Of a stretch of DNA of 54,334 nt, positions 35,667-43,865 are shown one piece after another. The notes beneath the pieces are model-generated. The model searched no databases. It was not told the DNA's origin and saw only the letters and a program-made list of their open reading frames with translations. The stretch lies in the IMG/VR virus record IMGVR_UViG_3300048849_000181, positions 1 to 54,334 of that record. One strand, given 5' to 3'. The DNA comes from a virus. Its lineage: Duplodnaviria; Caudoviricetes. Position 1 is the stretch's first letter; each line of letters starts with the position of its first letter. A program made the position numbers and the translations under genes.

Positions 35667-37196
35667 TTAACGTAAGATTCTGTCTTTTATGAGTTTGTTC
35701 ATAGCACAATACATGAACCAGTATGGATTCGGCTTCGAACTCTGATTTGGATGAATTTTGTCAATTTCGCCAAGAAAAACTCCAACAAGTTTAGGCGTGT
35801 GATTATAATCAAAATTAAGGACTACATCTACTATCTCGCTAAATTCATTCTTCATCGAAAATGTTATATCCCAGGCTTGGTGATGGTTTGGCGCGAAGTC
35901 TTTGTCATGCATAAGAAAACGACTAGATGCTTCAATTAAATAACTTCTATACTGATAATCATCGCTACTGTCAATTCCATTTCTATAATCACTGACGAAT
36001 ACATCACTGAGCTTCTTTAATGTCTTAAGCAAATCAATGTAAGTTGGATAAAACTGAGAAAGTATAAATAACATAACTAACAACGGGTAGTCATACGCAT
36101 TTCGTTCCCTGCCATGCCCAATAACAAATGAATAGTTAGGCAACGAGTAACTTCTGAACCTATCAAAGTTTCTGATCTTAATTAAATCATTATCAATCAA
36201 AGCAGAAACAACATATTTTAAGGCGTCGAAGAACAATGTATGTCGATTTACAATGCTATAAGCCTTATCTAGGTAATCAGGATAACCTTCGCTATGGTTA
36301 GCACCAAGGAACTCCTTTGATTTTAATAAGTTATGCGCTAAATTATTTAGATGCTTCTTGATATCAAACTTGAATATCTCTAAAGAATAAAATTTATCGA
36401 TATACCCTGTGAAATCCACTTCAGCACCGAACCTATGATGAAACATATGTCGGATGTTTTCAATATCACACACGAATATTACTTTATCAAAGCCAAATTT
36501 ATTAATCTCCGTTCTACTATCGTGGTGTGCTGTAAATACATTGAAAATTCGAAATACGTTCTCAGGATCAAGTCTATCTAGATCATCAATAATAAGAACC
36601 AATTTTTCATCCTCAACATTCCTTTTTATCCTAGTTGCAAAGTCTTTGATCATTGCTGTTATTTCATCAGTTTCCCTGATGGAACCCTTTGTGAATCGCT
36701 GTTGAGCTAAATATTCAAGAACTTGCAAGCTTTCATCTGTCCTTACATCCTTTTCGTATTTACGAAACTGCTTCCCCACATCCATAATAGCCTCAATAGC
36801 GGCATTAGCATCGTCATATAATATACTAGCAAATGTTTTCACTAGGGGCACTAAATCTAACTTGTCTTTTGCAAATGTTTGAAGGGTCAACATTTGTTTA
36901 AAATCACTTACCACAAGATTTATTTCTTCCTCATACTTGTCTAGCATTTCCATTAAAATATCATGTTTAATTAGCTCCATGATATCAACATTGTTCGCTA
37001 CAGCATAGTCAACTGGGTTAAGAGTTACAACTTTGTAACCGTCTGTCACATGAAAAAAGTCCTTAAGAAACGATGTCTTACCTGCGCCAAAAGGCCCTGA
37101 AAATAATATTCGTATGTTGTTTTCACTTTCAATGTGGCTTTTAAAGTCTTTTGTTACTGTTGTAGTGGGAATGATAATTATTTGTGGCGTATTCAT
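35667..37196 (-). CDS. KAP-family P-loop NTPase moron
   Basis: GPFGAGKT Walker A, LVLIIDDLDRLDP Walker B, GYIDKF; markedly AT-rich. Confidence 0.85.
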   Translation of the reverse strand: MNTPQIIIIPTTTVTKDFKSHIESENNIRILFSGPFGAGKTSFLKDFFHVTDGYKVVTLNPVDYAVANNVDIMELIKHDILMEMLDKYEEEINLVVSDFKQMLTLQTFAKDKLDLVPLVKTFASILYDDANAAIEAIMDVGKQFRKYEKDVRTDESLQVLEYLAQQRFTKGSIRETDEITAMIKDFATRIKRNVEDEKLVLIIDDLDRLDPENVFRIFNVFTAHHDSRTEINKFGFDKVIFVCDIENIRHMFHHRFGAEVDFTGYIDKFYSLEIFKFDIKKHLNNLAHNLLKSKEFLGANHSEGYPDYLDKAYSIVNRHTLFFDALKYVVSALIDNDLIKIRNFDRFRSYSLPNYSFVIGHGRERNAYDYPLLVMLFILSQFYPTYIDLLKTLKKLSDVFVSDYRNGIDSSDDYQYRSYLIEASSRFLMHDKDFAPNHHQAWDITFSMKNEFSEIVDVVLNFDYNHTPKLVGVFLGEIDKIHPNQSSKPNPYWFMYCAMNKLIKDRILR

Positions 37197-37296
37197 TTTA
37201 TTAAAAATAGAGCCTCAATTTATGGTTTATTACTGAAGGAACTTTAAATTTCAATCAAAAATAGAACACACTTGATGGGCTAAGCGTTATTCCTTC

Positions 37297-37527
37297 ATGG
37301 ATCACCACATAATAGATATCGACTACGACGGACAGCCCCTACACATCACCGCTCTTATCCGGGAGGAAGGAAATCACATGGTGTACGACTGCTATACCGG
37401 AGACGTTCTGCTTGGAACAGTTGTGCCCACCATTGGGGATTATATGGAAGTAGAATGGACTGGAAGCGGAATGCCTTGGCGTTTGGTTAAGCTGATCGGT
37501 GAGGCAATTGAACGGCAGGACTGGTGA
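37297..37527 (+). CDS. Hypothetical protein
   Basis: 76-aa ORF opposite to phage genes. Confidence 0.6.
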   Translation: MDHHIIDIDYDGQPLHITALIREEGNHMVYDCYTGDVLLGTVVPTIGDYMEVEWTGSGMPWRLVKLIGEAIERQDW

Positions 37528-37760
37528 ACGATATAGTCAGACAGCTTGCCTACGGTGATCAAACCAAAACACTTCGCTTGTATATGCCTGGCGGTGGTGG
37601 TGGATCCTGGTATGTTTCCATCGATAGGTTCCACTACGGTCAGGTTATCTGGCAGGGCGATAAGTGGACCGCCTACCTACACGTAGAACTTGAGACGGCT
37701 GATATCGCCTTGATCGAGGAAATGATCACTGAAGTGATGCCGGAGGGGCCTTATGTTTAG
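37524..37760 (+). CDS. Hypothetical protein
   Basis: GTGA-coupled to previous ORF. Confidence 0.55.
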   Translation: MNDIVRQLAYGDQTKTLRLYMPGGGGGSWYVSIDRFHYGQVIWQGDKWTAYLHVELETADIALIEEMITEVMPEGPYV

Positions 37761-38311
37761 GCTGTTTTCTTGGCTTTTACAAACTCTAAGAACTCCCTCG
37801 TTTTTTCTTTTCGTTCTTGCTCGTATTTATCGGATGCTGCTTTTGATAATCTATTTTGATGTGTCATCCATTGGCAGCCGAATATTCGATGTGCTGTAAG
37901 GTTTTCAAGCACTGCAAGCAATGTTTTCGGCTCAACAGGCTTTTTATGGATCTTGGGAGCTTTCTTTTGAATTTCTATGCTACCATCAAGGTTTACATAA
38001 ATCAGCCCTGCATAAGCCGGGATTTCGCTTAAGGGGATCAATCCGGCGGGGCAAGCATAATAAAAGTGAGACGGGCAAGTATGCCTATCATTATAGTTCT
38101 GTAGCTTGTAATGCTTGAATGTCTTTTTGAAATCAGCCTTGAAGTCAGACAATGATATCTTAACTTCTATTTCAGTAACTAGCTGGTTGCTTTTGTTGAT
38201 CATGAAAACATCCGCCTCCTGATAGCCACACCGATTAAAATTAAGCGTTTGGTATGGGTGTGTTTCGTAGAAAGCCACTTGCAAGTGTTGCTGTACTTCT
38301 TTAGCGTTCAT
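37757..38311 (-). CDS. MmcB-like PD-(D/E)XK family protein
   Basis: EADV..EIEVKISLSDFKAD..FYYACP..EIPAYAGLI. Confidence 0.7.
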   Translation of the reverse strand: MNAKEVQQHLQVAFYETHPYQTLNFNRCGYQEADVFMINKSNQLVTEIEVKISLSDFKADFKKTFKHYKLQNYNDRHTCPSHFYYACPAGLIPLSEIPAYAGLIYVNLDGSIEIQKKAPKIHKKPVEPKTLLAVLENLTAHRIFGCQWMTHQNRLSKAASDKYEQERKEKTREFLEFVKAKKTA

Positions 38312-38431
38312 GATTATTTTAAATTATATTACCACTTATTATTTCCCTCGTCACATACTTGTATTGAGAGCGTCGCTGGTCGGCTTGGTACCCGGTCAGT
38401 TTAGGGGATGACTTAGCCAGACATCCCCTTT

Positions 38432-38857
38432 TTATTTTTTAACCAGGATGAGCCATGTTCCGGTGTTTGCTTCGGCTTGTTGCCATTGTTCTAGGTCAGC
38501 TAAATAACCCCAATAGAAATCTTTGTTCACTGGCATTTCACCATAAGGATTCACTGAATAGCACCCATTAGCCTGCATAAAGTCGGCTAAAGTTTCTGTT
38601 GCTTCCTGCTTTTCAAATGGATATCCTGAATCCTGCATTTGTGGCATCACCTCCCTTGCTTGTTCCTCGGTCAGTTGGTCTGAAATCCCGACTATCTCAG
38701 CATCACAAGGCAGATAAATTCTTGGCGTTGTGTAACCATCAAAAAAAGATAAATATGGCCTTTCATCGTGGAATACCTTAAACTCTCGCGCCCCCTCCTG
38801 CACTTTCACCGCAATGATCTCAGCTACTCCGGTGTTGATTTGTTTGATTTCGCTCAT
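38432..38857 (-). CDS. Hypothetical protein
   Basis: 141-aa ORF. Confidence 0.6.
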   Translation of the reverse strand: MSEIKQINTGVAEIIAVKVQEGAREFKVFHDERPYLSFFDGYTTPRIYLPCDAEIVGISDQLTEEQAREVMPQMQDSGYPFEKQEATETLADFMQANGCYSVNPYGEMPVNKDFYWGYLADLEQWQQAEANTGTWLILVKK

Positions 38858-38861
38858 GGGG

Positions 38862-38996
38862 TTAGGATTGGGGTTGATTGAATTGAATAACTATTCCAAG
38901 CATAGGTACAGGAAACACATACAAACACTTCTTTTTGCTATCCCAGAATGCACCTATCCATAGGTCATACCATGCGAATATTGGTTTTATCTTCAT
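38862..38996 (-). CDS. Small Trp-rich phage protein (44 aa, not in ORF track)
   Basis: MKIKPIFAWYDLWIGAFWDSKKKCLYVFPVPMLGIVIQF. Confidence 0.6.
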   Translation of the reverse strand: MKIKPIFAWYDLWIGAFWDSKKKCLYVFPVPMLGIVIQFNQPQS

Positions 38997-39014
38997 AATC
39001 TCTTTTCTTTATCC

Positions 39015-39218
39015 CTACACGGTGGAAGGGGGTTGGTTAATGGTTTGGACTTCGCATTTTGGAGCCAATGGATAGTACATTGTGTCATTTATAAAGTAGG
39101 TAGGCACACCAGCAACATATTGCTTTATCATGCCGCACTTAATACAAAATACAGAACCTCCATCTACTCTTTTGCTTAATATTTTGCCGTTCCACTTGTG
39201 ACGCTTACCTGTTTCCAT
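39015..39218 (-). CDS. Small Zn-finger-like protein
   Basis: HKW..CIKCG..C. Confidence 0.55.
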   Translation of the reverse strand: METGKRHKWNGKILSKRVDGGSVFCIKCGMIKQYVAGVPTYFINDTMYYPLAPKCEVQTINQPPSTV

Positions 39219-39262
39219 ATTGTCTTAGGTTATTCCTCTACACTGATGCGCAATGGAGGGGG

Positions 39263-39499
39263 TTACTTCCATTTGCCACCGCATAGGGCGCATACATTAT
39301 TGTTTTTAGCCTTAATTCCGTACTTACAATCACAAGGTATTTTAGCTTTGATATCGCTTAGGTTTTCACCGTAAGCAATCATAGCTTTTAAAACAGCTTC
39401 TTTTCTGTTTCTAGTCCAAGCATAGACACTGTCACAGTGTAGGTCGAGAACCTTCTCTGCCTCAATTTTCAATAGTTCATTCTTTGTTAATTCTTCCAT
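39263..39499 (-). CDS. Hypothetical protein with C-terminal Cys motif
   Basis: CDC..CALCGG. Confidence 0.55.
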   Translation of the reverse strand: MEELTKNELLKIEAEKVLDLHCDSVYAWTRNRKEAVLKAMIAYGENLSDIKAKIPCDCKYGIKAKNNNVCALCGGKWK

Positions 39500-39531
39500 C
39501 TTTCTTTCTGGTTACGCCTTTTCGGCTTTGG

Positions 39532-39714
39532 TTAGTTTGGTCTTCGATCAGGGCCTCCAATTGGCCTAAAGTCTTTATTAGACATTGCATTGAAATCGTC
39601 TGCTATCTCCTGAGCAATCTCAATTGTCGGAACATCCTTGGTAATGTCCTTGTCGGTTTCGGTATCATACACCCTGTATATGCCTTGTTCTGTTCTTACT
39701 TTGTACTTTTCCAT
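39532..39714 (-). CDS. Hypothetical protein
   Basis: 60-aa ORF between two GCCGAAA(A)GGC hairpins. Confidence 0.5.
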   Translation of the reverse strand: MEKYKVRTEQGIYRVYDTETDKDITKDVPTIEIAQEIADDFNAMSNKDFRPIGGPDRRPN

Positions 39715-39758
39715 TCTCTTTACGTGTTATAGCCTTTCGGCTGGTTAGTACTGGTTAT

Positions 39759-40232
39759 TTAAAGTCCGTAGATTAATGCCGCAGAATCACGACCGTGGCT
39801 ACTAGTCCGCTTATCCCACCCTGTCAGCATCTTAAAATACTCCGGGCTCATCTTGGTCTTGATCTGATTAGGAGCGACCAGATCGAAGGATATCCCCTCT
39901 GACCTCAAAAACTCCTCCCACTGCTTGCACTGGATCTTGATTGCGCCGGCACCTTGCATTTTTACCATTGCGTTTGCTCCATACCGCTTGCGCTTCCTCG
40001 CATCCTCCACCCTTACGAAGATCTTCCCTCCTTCATTCTTAGCCCTGGCATGCTGATTCTGGACAGATGCAAAGGCTTCATGGATCTTCAGGGTGCAAAC
40101 CGCTTCCAGCTGCTTTGTCTCCTTGTTGTAGACAGATAAACCCGTTTTTGTACCCGGATCAATGCCGATGACGTATAGCAAAGGCAGTTGTTCGGCACCA
40201 TGACGTTCGAGAAGCGGCCGTTTAGCGATCAT
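39759..40232 (-). CDS. RuvC-like Holliday junction resolvase
   Basis: VIGIDPG, VRVED, HGRDSA RNase H-fold motifs. Confidence 0.75.
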   Translation of the reverse strand: MIAKRPLLERHGAEQLPLLYVIGIDPGTKTGLSVYNKETKQLEAVCTLKIHEAFASVQNQHARAKNEGGKIFVRVEDARKRKRYGANAMVKMQGAGAIKIQCKQWEEFLRSEGISFDLVAPNQIKTKMSPEYFKMLTGWDKRTSSHGRDSAALIYGL

Positions 40233-41035
40233 AACACCTCCTTTCTTTTTGCTGCAAGCAGCTTTTTCAGATCAACCTCATCGAGGATTAACGTTTGGAA
40301 GTAGGCGTACAAGCCAAGGCGCTGAGCCTGGATGATTATCTTGTCCTCCATCTTCTGTGCATTGTTCAGCGTTCTTCCAATATCGATGCGCTTGAACTTA
40401 TCCAAAGTATTGGCCTGCTCGGCTGTCAGTTCATTGATAACCTCGTTAGTGGCTTCAGAGATAAATACCGCCTGCTCTTGCTCTGAATAGGCAAAGCACT
40501 TGATTCCACGAAGGAACCGGTAAACAACTGGTGCGATCAATGAAATGTCTCTGCCAATCTTGTAAGCCTCAAATGCATTTACAGCATTGGATACGGCAAG
40601 ATCAAACCTTTCCTCTTTTGTGGGCTCGGATTTAACCACTGGTGCAGGTTTAGTGAGGTTTATCCTGGCCTCCTCCTTCATGTAGTTTTTAATCCACTCA
40701 ACGAAGGTGATAAAGCTAAGCCCCATGTAATCGCCGTACTCTTTGGCAAGGCCCCTGGTGAAGGCGATGCTGATCTCCTCTACCCGAAGGTTTCCGAATC
40801 TGGACTTTGCCATCTTCATGGTTTCATCACTGATTAATTTAAGTTCGTTCCCTTCCGGTGCAAAAAAACGGGTCATAACATAGCATTTGGAGATGCTAGC
40901 TTTGAATATTTCGTACAGCTCTATATCCGAAATATCCTTAATCATTATGCTTTGAAGAGCAAGCCTTATTTCGGTTTCCCTTTGTGGGAGGGCAGATAAG
41001 CTGGTTGTATTCTGGTAAAGTTGTATTTCGCTCAT
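40229..41035 (-). CDS. Replication-associated protein (helicase loader-like position)
   Basis: Directly after initiator; LRVEEISIAFTRG..YG motif. Confidence 0.5.
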   Translation of the reverse strand: MSEIQLYQNTTSLSALPQRETEIRLALQSIMIKDISDIELYEIFKASISKCYVMTRFFAPEGNELKLISDETMKMAKSRFGNLRVEEISIAFTRGLAKEYGDYMGLSFITFVEWIKNYMKEEARINLTKPAPVVKSEPTKEERFDLAVSNAVNAFEAYKIGRDISLIAPVVYRFLRGIKCFAYSEQEQAVFISEATNEVINELTAEQANTLDKFKRIDIGRTLNNAQKMEDKIIIQAQRLGLYAYFQTLILDEVDLKKLLAAKRKEVL

Positions 41036-41040
41036 GGTTT

Positions 41041-41979
41041 TTACAGGTAAGGGTTTTTAGCTTCGTTGTAGGACTGCTGAAGCTTTTCAAATTTTGATTG
41101 GGAGTTGTTTCGTGAAGAGGCTTTTTCGGCGGCAATCTTTTCTTTTTCGATCTGGAGTCGGTTGCTCCAGTTATCAGCATTCCAAGCTCCATCTTGGAAT
41201 TTTTCATTGATTGTCCCGATAAAAGACCCAAATAGATGTGTTTTTTGACCGGAAATGGCCTTGAATTCCTTGTAGCTTGCATACTGGATGTTGAAGTGTT
41301 CAAGCTGATTCTTGAAAGCAAGAATATTCACAAACTGAAAAATCAGTTTTTTCTGAAGAGCAAATTTCATTTCCGAAAAACCGAAATCAGCAACAAGAAT
41401 TTCGATCAGTTTTGATTTCTCAAAAGCAAGATTTTCATCATCACCAATCATTCCCGACTTTACGGCATGGATCTGTTCTTTAAAAAACTCAGTCAATAAT
41501 TCATTCTCATCAGAGGAACTCAAATCATAAAATTCCAGTATTATGTTTGTTTGTTCTTCTGTTAGATTGTTATATTGTTTTACTTGTTTGTATAAGGTAT
41601 CAGTACCATTATCACTAGCATTACCACTACCTATATCGCTACTCTTACCACTACCTTTATCAGTACCTTTACTACTACCTTTATCAAATCTGATAAGGGT
41701 TACAAGAGATCCTTTCATGGGATTAAAGGACGGTTGATACTTGATGTATCCTTTGGAATCGAGAGTCTTTAATGCGGAAGTATAAGTGTTGGCGCTTCCG
41801 ATCTTTGACAGCTTCATTACGTCGTTCCTGTTGATAGATAACTGCGTATCGTAGTCACATCTATTCCATAGCAAAAACAGGGCGTTATATAAGCTCACGT
41901 GCAGTGGGCTTAAATCGTCTTCCATCATTTTGATGTTGACGTTTTTGTGGTGAGTTATATAGTTTACATCCTGTTTCAT
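41041..41979 (-). CDS. Phage replication initiator
   Basis: N-terminal wHTH-like region (LYNALFLLWN..LKTLDSKGYIKY), low-complexity linker encoded by tandem repeats. Confidence 0.75.
   Translation of the reverse strand: MKQDVNYITHHKNVNIKMMEDDLSPLHVSLYNALFLLWNRCDYDTQLSINRNDVMKLSKIGSANTYTSALKTLDSKGYIKYQPSFNPMKGSLVTLIRFDKGSSKGTDKGSGKSSDIGSGNASDNGTDTLYKQVKQYNNLTEEQTNIILEFYDLSSSDENELLTEFFKEQIHAVKSGMIGDDENLAFEKSKLIEILVADFGFSEMKFALQKKLIFQFVNILAFKNQLEHFNIQYASYKEFKAISGQKTHLFGSFIGTINEKFQDGAWNADNWSNRLQIEKEKIAAEKASSRNNSQSKFEKLQQSYNEAKNPYL
41598..41681. repeat. Seven tandem 12-bp repeats (iteron-like, probable origin)
   Basis: TATCAGTACCAT TATCACTAGCAT TACCACTACCTA TATCGCTACTCT TACCACTACCTT TATCAGTACCTT TACTACTACCTT next to AT-rich 41540-41597. 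Confidence 0.75.
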
Positions 41980-42149
41980 TGACTTATTCTATTGCTTATT
42001 AGTATTGTAGGATATCGAGAAAGACATATGAGATTTGCTTAAATAAAAATGGCTCAAAAGCCGTTCAGGTGTTGCGCTACCCTACTTAGCCTTTAAGCCA
42101 TTAAATTCCTTTGTCCTATTCTTACAGCGCAACCCGAACAGAATATAAG

Positions 42150-42189
42150 CAAATATAAAACATAACTTTAAATAACCATAATGTTATGT
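42150..42189 (-). promoter_or_regulatory. Promoter of replication operon with ATAAC-N6-GTTAT operator
   Basis: TATATTTG at 42150-42157; ATAACcataatGTTAT at 42172-42187. Confidence 0.65.
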
Positions 42190-42426
42190 TTGTAAAACAT
42201 CAAAATGATCGGCTACAGGCTTCAAATCACGCGGGTTGCAGTAGAATACCATTCCCTTGTTATCGCGCACCCTGGCGTTCCCTGTAGCGTTTTCCGGTGA
42301 AACAATTGTCACCACCTCAGTCATTGCCTTTAAAACATCACATACCTGGTGTCTGTGCGCCGAGGATCCGTTTACTACTCCTGCGCTATGTCCTGGAATT
42401 AGGATTGCTTTATCTCCTTTTTTCAT
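42184..42426 (-). CDS. Hypothetical small protein
   Basis: 80-aa ORF, coupled. Confidence 0.55.
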   Translation of the reverse strand: MKKGDKAILIPGHSAGVVNGSSAHRHQVCDVLKAMTEVVTIVSPENATGNARVRDNKGMVFYCNPRDLKPVADHFDVLQT

Positions 42427-42770
42427 ATTTTTGGCTTTACGAGTGCAACCTTTTGCCTGAACTCCTTACTTGTTTCCATGAGCTCGTCGTATACGGTTAT
42501 TGAATTGATTACGGTGGAGTGATGACGGCTGAATATCCTGCCCACCTGCTTGAGCGTTAACCTTGGATTTGCAAGCATCATAAGCCTTATAGCGATGTGT
42601 CTTGCCTGGGAAAGATCATCGAACCTACGAGGACCAACAAGGTCTGTGCGGCTAACCTCTAATGCTTCACAAACGGCGGTTATTATAACCTCAGGGTCAG
42701 TTTGTTTAATATTGTTTACTGCCTCGCGCTTTTTGCTGTCCGGCAGTCCTGTAAAAATGAACGGATCCAT
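42423..42770 (-). CDS. Stand-alone DnaA domain IV-like HTH protein
   Basis: ARHIAIRL..LTLKQVGRIFSRHHSTVINS matches DnaA C-terminal signature. Confidence 0.8.
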   Translation of the reverse strand: MDPFIFTGLPDSKKREAVNNIKQTDPEVIITAVCEALEVSRTDLVGPRRFDDLSQARHIAIRLMMLANPRLTLKQVGRIFSRHHSTVINSITVYDELMETSKEFRQKVALVKPKI

Positions 42771-42774
42771 AGGT

Positions 42775-42978
42775 TTAGAATTGAGGTTCTTTTGGATTGA
42801 AATATTTGATTTTAGGCTCTGGCTTCTGCGATGCCTTGATAATATTGAACACAGTTGATGTGGAGCGGCCAAACTGTTTTCCTAACTGGGCGTAACGGTC
42901 CGGGATTTCCGGATCCATTCTATTGAAGGCGGCAATAATCTGCTGGCGCTCTTCGGGGGTTGTTTTTCTGGGTTTCAT
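42775..42978 (-). CDS. Small HTH protein
   Basis: YAQLGKQFGRSTSTVFNII. Confidence 0.65.
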   Translation of the reverse strand: MKPRKTTPEERQQIIAAFNRMDPEIPDRYAQLGKQFGRSTSTVFNIIKASQKPEPKIKYFNPKEPQF

Positions 42979-42980
42979 AC

Positions 42981-43865
42981 TTAGCTTATACAATAACCAC
43001 CATGACAGGCGGAATGAGTTTTGGAGAAAAGGTCCTGCTGAATGTTTACATTTTGTATTTCCAGGATTGACCATTTTTTATGGAAGGTATTATCGTTTGA
43101 CATAGCCTCCTGAACAGCTGCCCAAAAATTAATAGACGGATTCCTGATCGTATTCTGCTTGATCTGTTGCAGATTCTTATGGAAACAGAACTGGCAGTTT
43201 GTATCTTCCGGAAACTCGACATCAAACGGCTCCCAGTACTTCTGCACGTCAATATGAAACACCTGGTTTTCGACTAAAGGGAATTCTCCGATCCTATAAG
43301 GCATATCGATGTGTCTTTGGAACCATTCTGTTGGCCCTATCCCGCCCTTTCTCGATTTATTCCACATCTGGCTGTAAATAGGAAATTTATAGTTTTCGGT
43401 AAAAGTGTCCACGCGATCTGATTCATCTGCCCTGTATCCAATTCGCATTTTACAAGGAAGCTCATAGTACATGTAAAGACATTTGAAAATTGGATCGATT
43501 TTCAAGAGCGTTGTACACTTGCTTGTAAAAGCATTAGGGATAAAAGCTTCTTCCCGGATCATGGTGTCGTAGCCAATGCCCCGTACCCAAATGATCTCCC
43601 TACCAATGTGCTGTTCTAAATCAAACATTGTCTTAACCGTTAGAGGGTCTTCAGCTGTAGCTACAAATTCAGGCATGTGCGGACAAAACTTTTGCAGCTT
43701 GTCGTTTACCATTTGTTTCATTTTTGCATCGATCTTAAAGCTTGTATTTGCGTTTGCGTTATGATCGTCGATACATACCAAAGCGAAAATTTCTACATCG
43801 GCCGGATAGTTAGCAGCAATATATGATGAGGTTTTTCCGCCGGAAAGGCTGTTGACTGTAATCAT
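42981..43865 (-). CDS. PAPS reductase-like (PP-loop) protein
   Basis: SLSGGKTS PP-loop, KCT..LKI.PI, IGYRADE, NCQFCFHK, terminal CHGGYC. Confidence 0.75.
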   Translation of the reverse strand: MITVNSLSGGKTSSYIAANYPADVEIFALVCIDDHNANANTSFKIDAKMKQMVNDKLQKFCPHMPEFVATAEDPLTVKTMFDLEQHIGREIIWVRGIGYDTMIREEAFIPNAFTSKCTTLLKIDPIFKCLYMYYELPCKMRIGYRADESDRVDTFTENYKFPIYSQMWNKSRKGGIGPTEWFQRHIDMPYRIGEFPLVENQVFHIDVQKYWEPFDVEFPEDTNCQFCFHKNLQQIKQNTIRNPSINFWAAVQEAMSNDNTFHKKWSILEIQNVNIQQDLFSKTHSACHGGYCIS

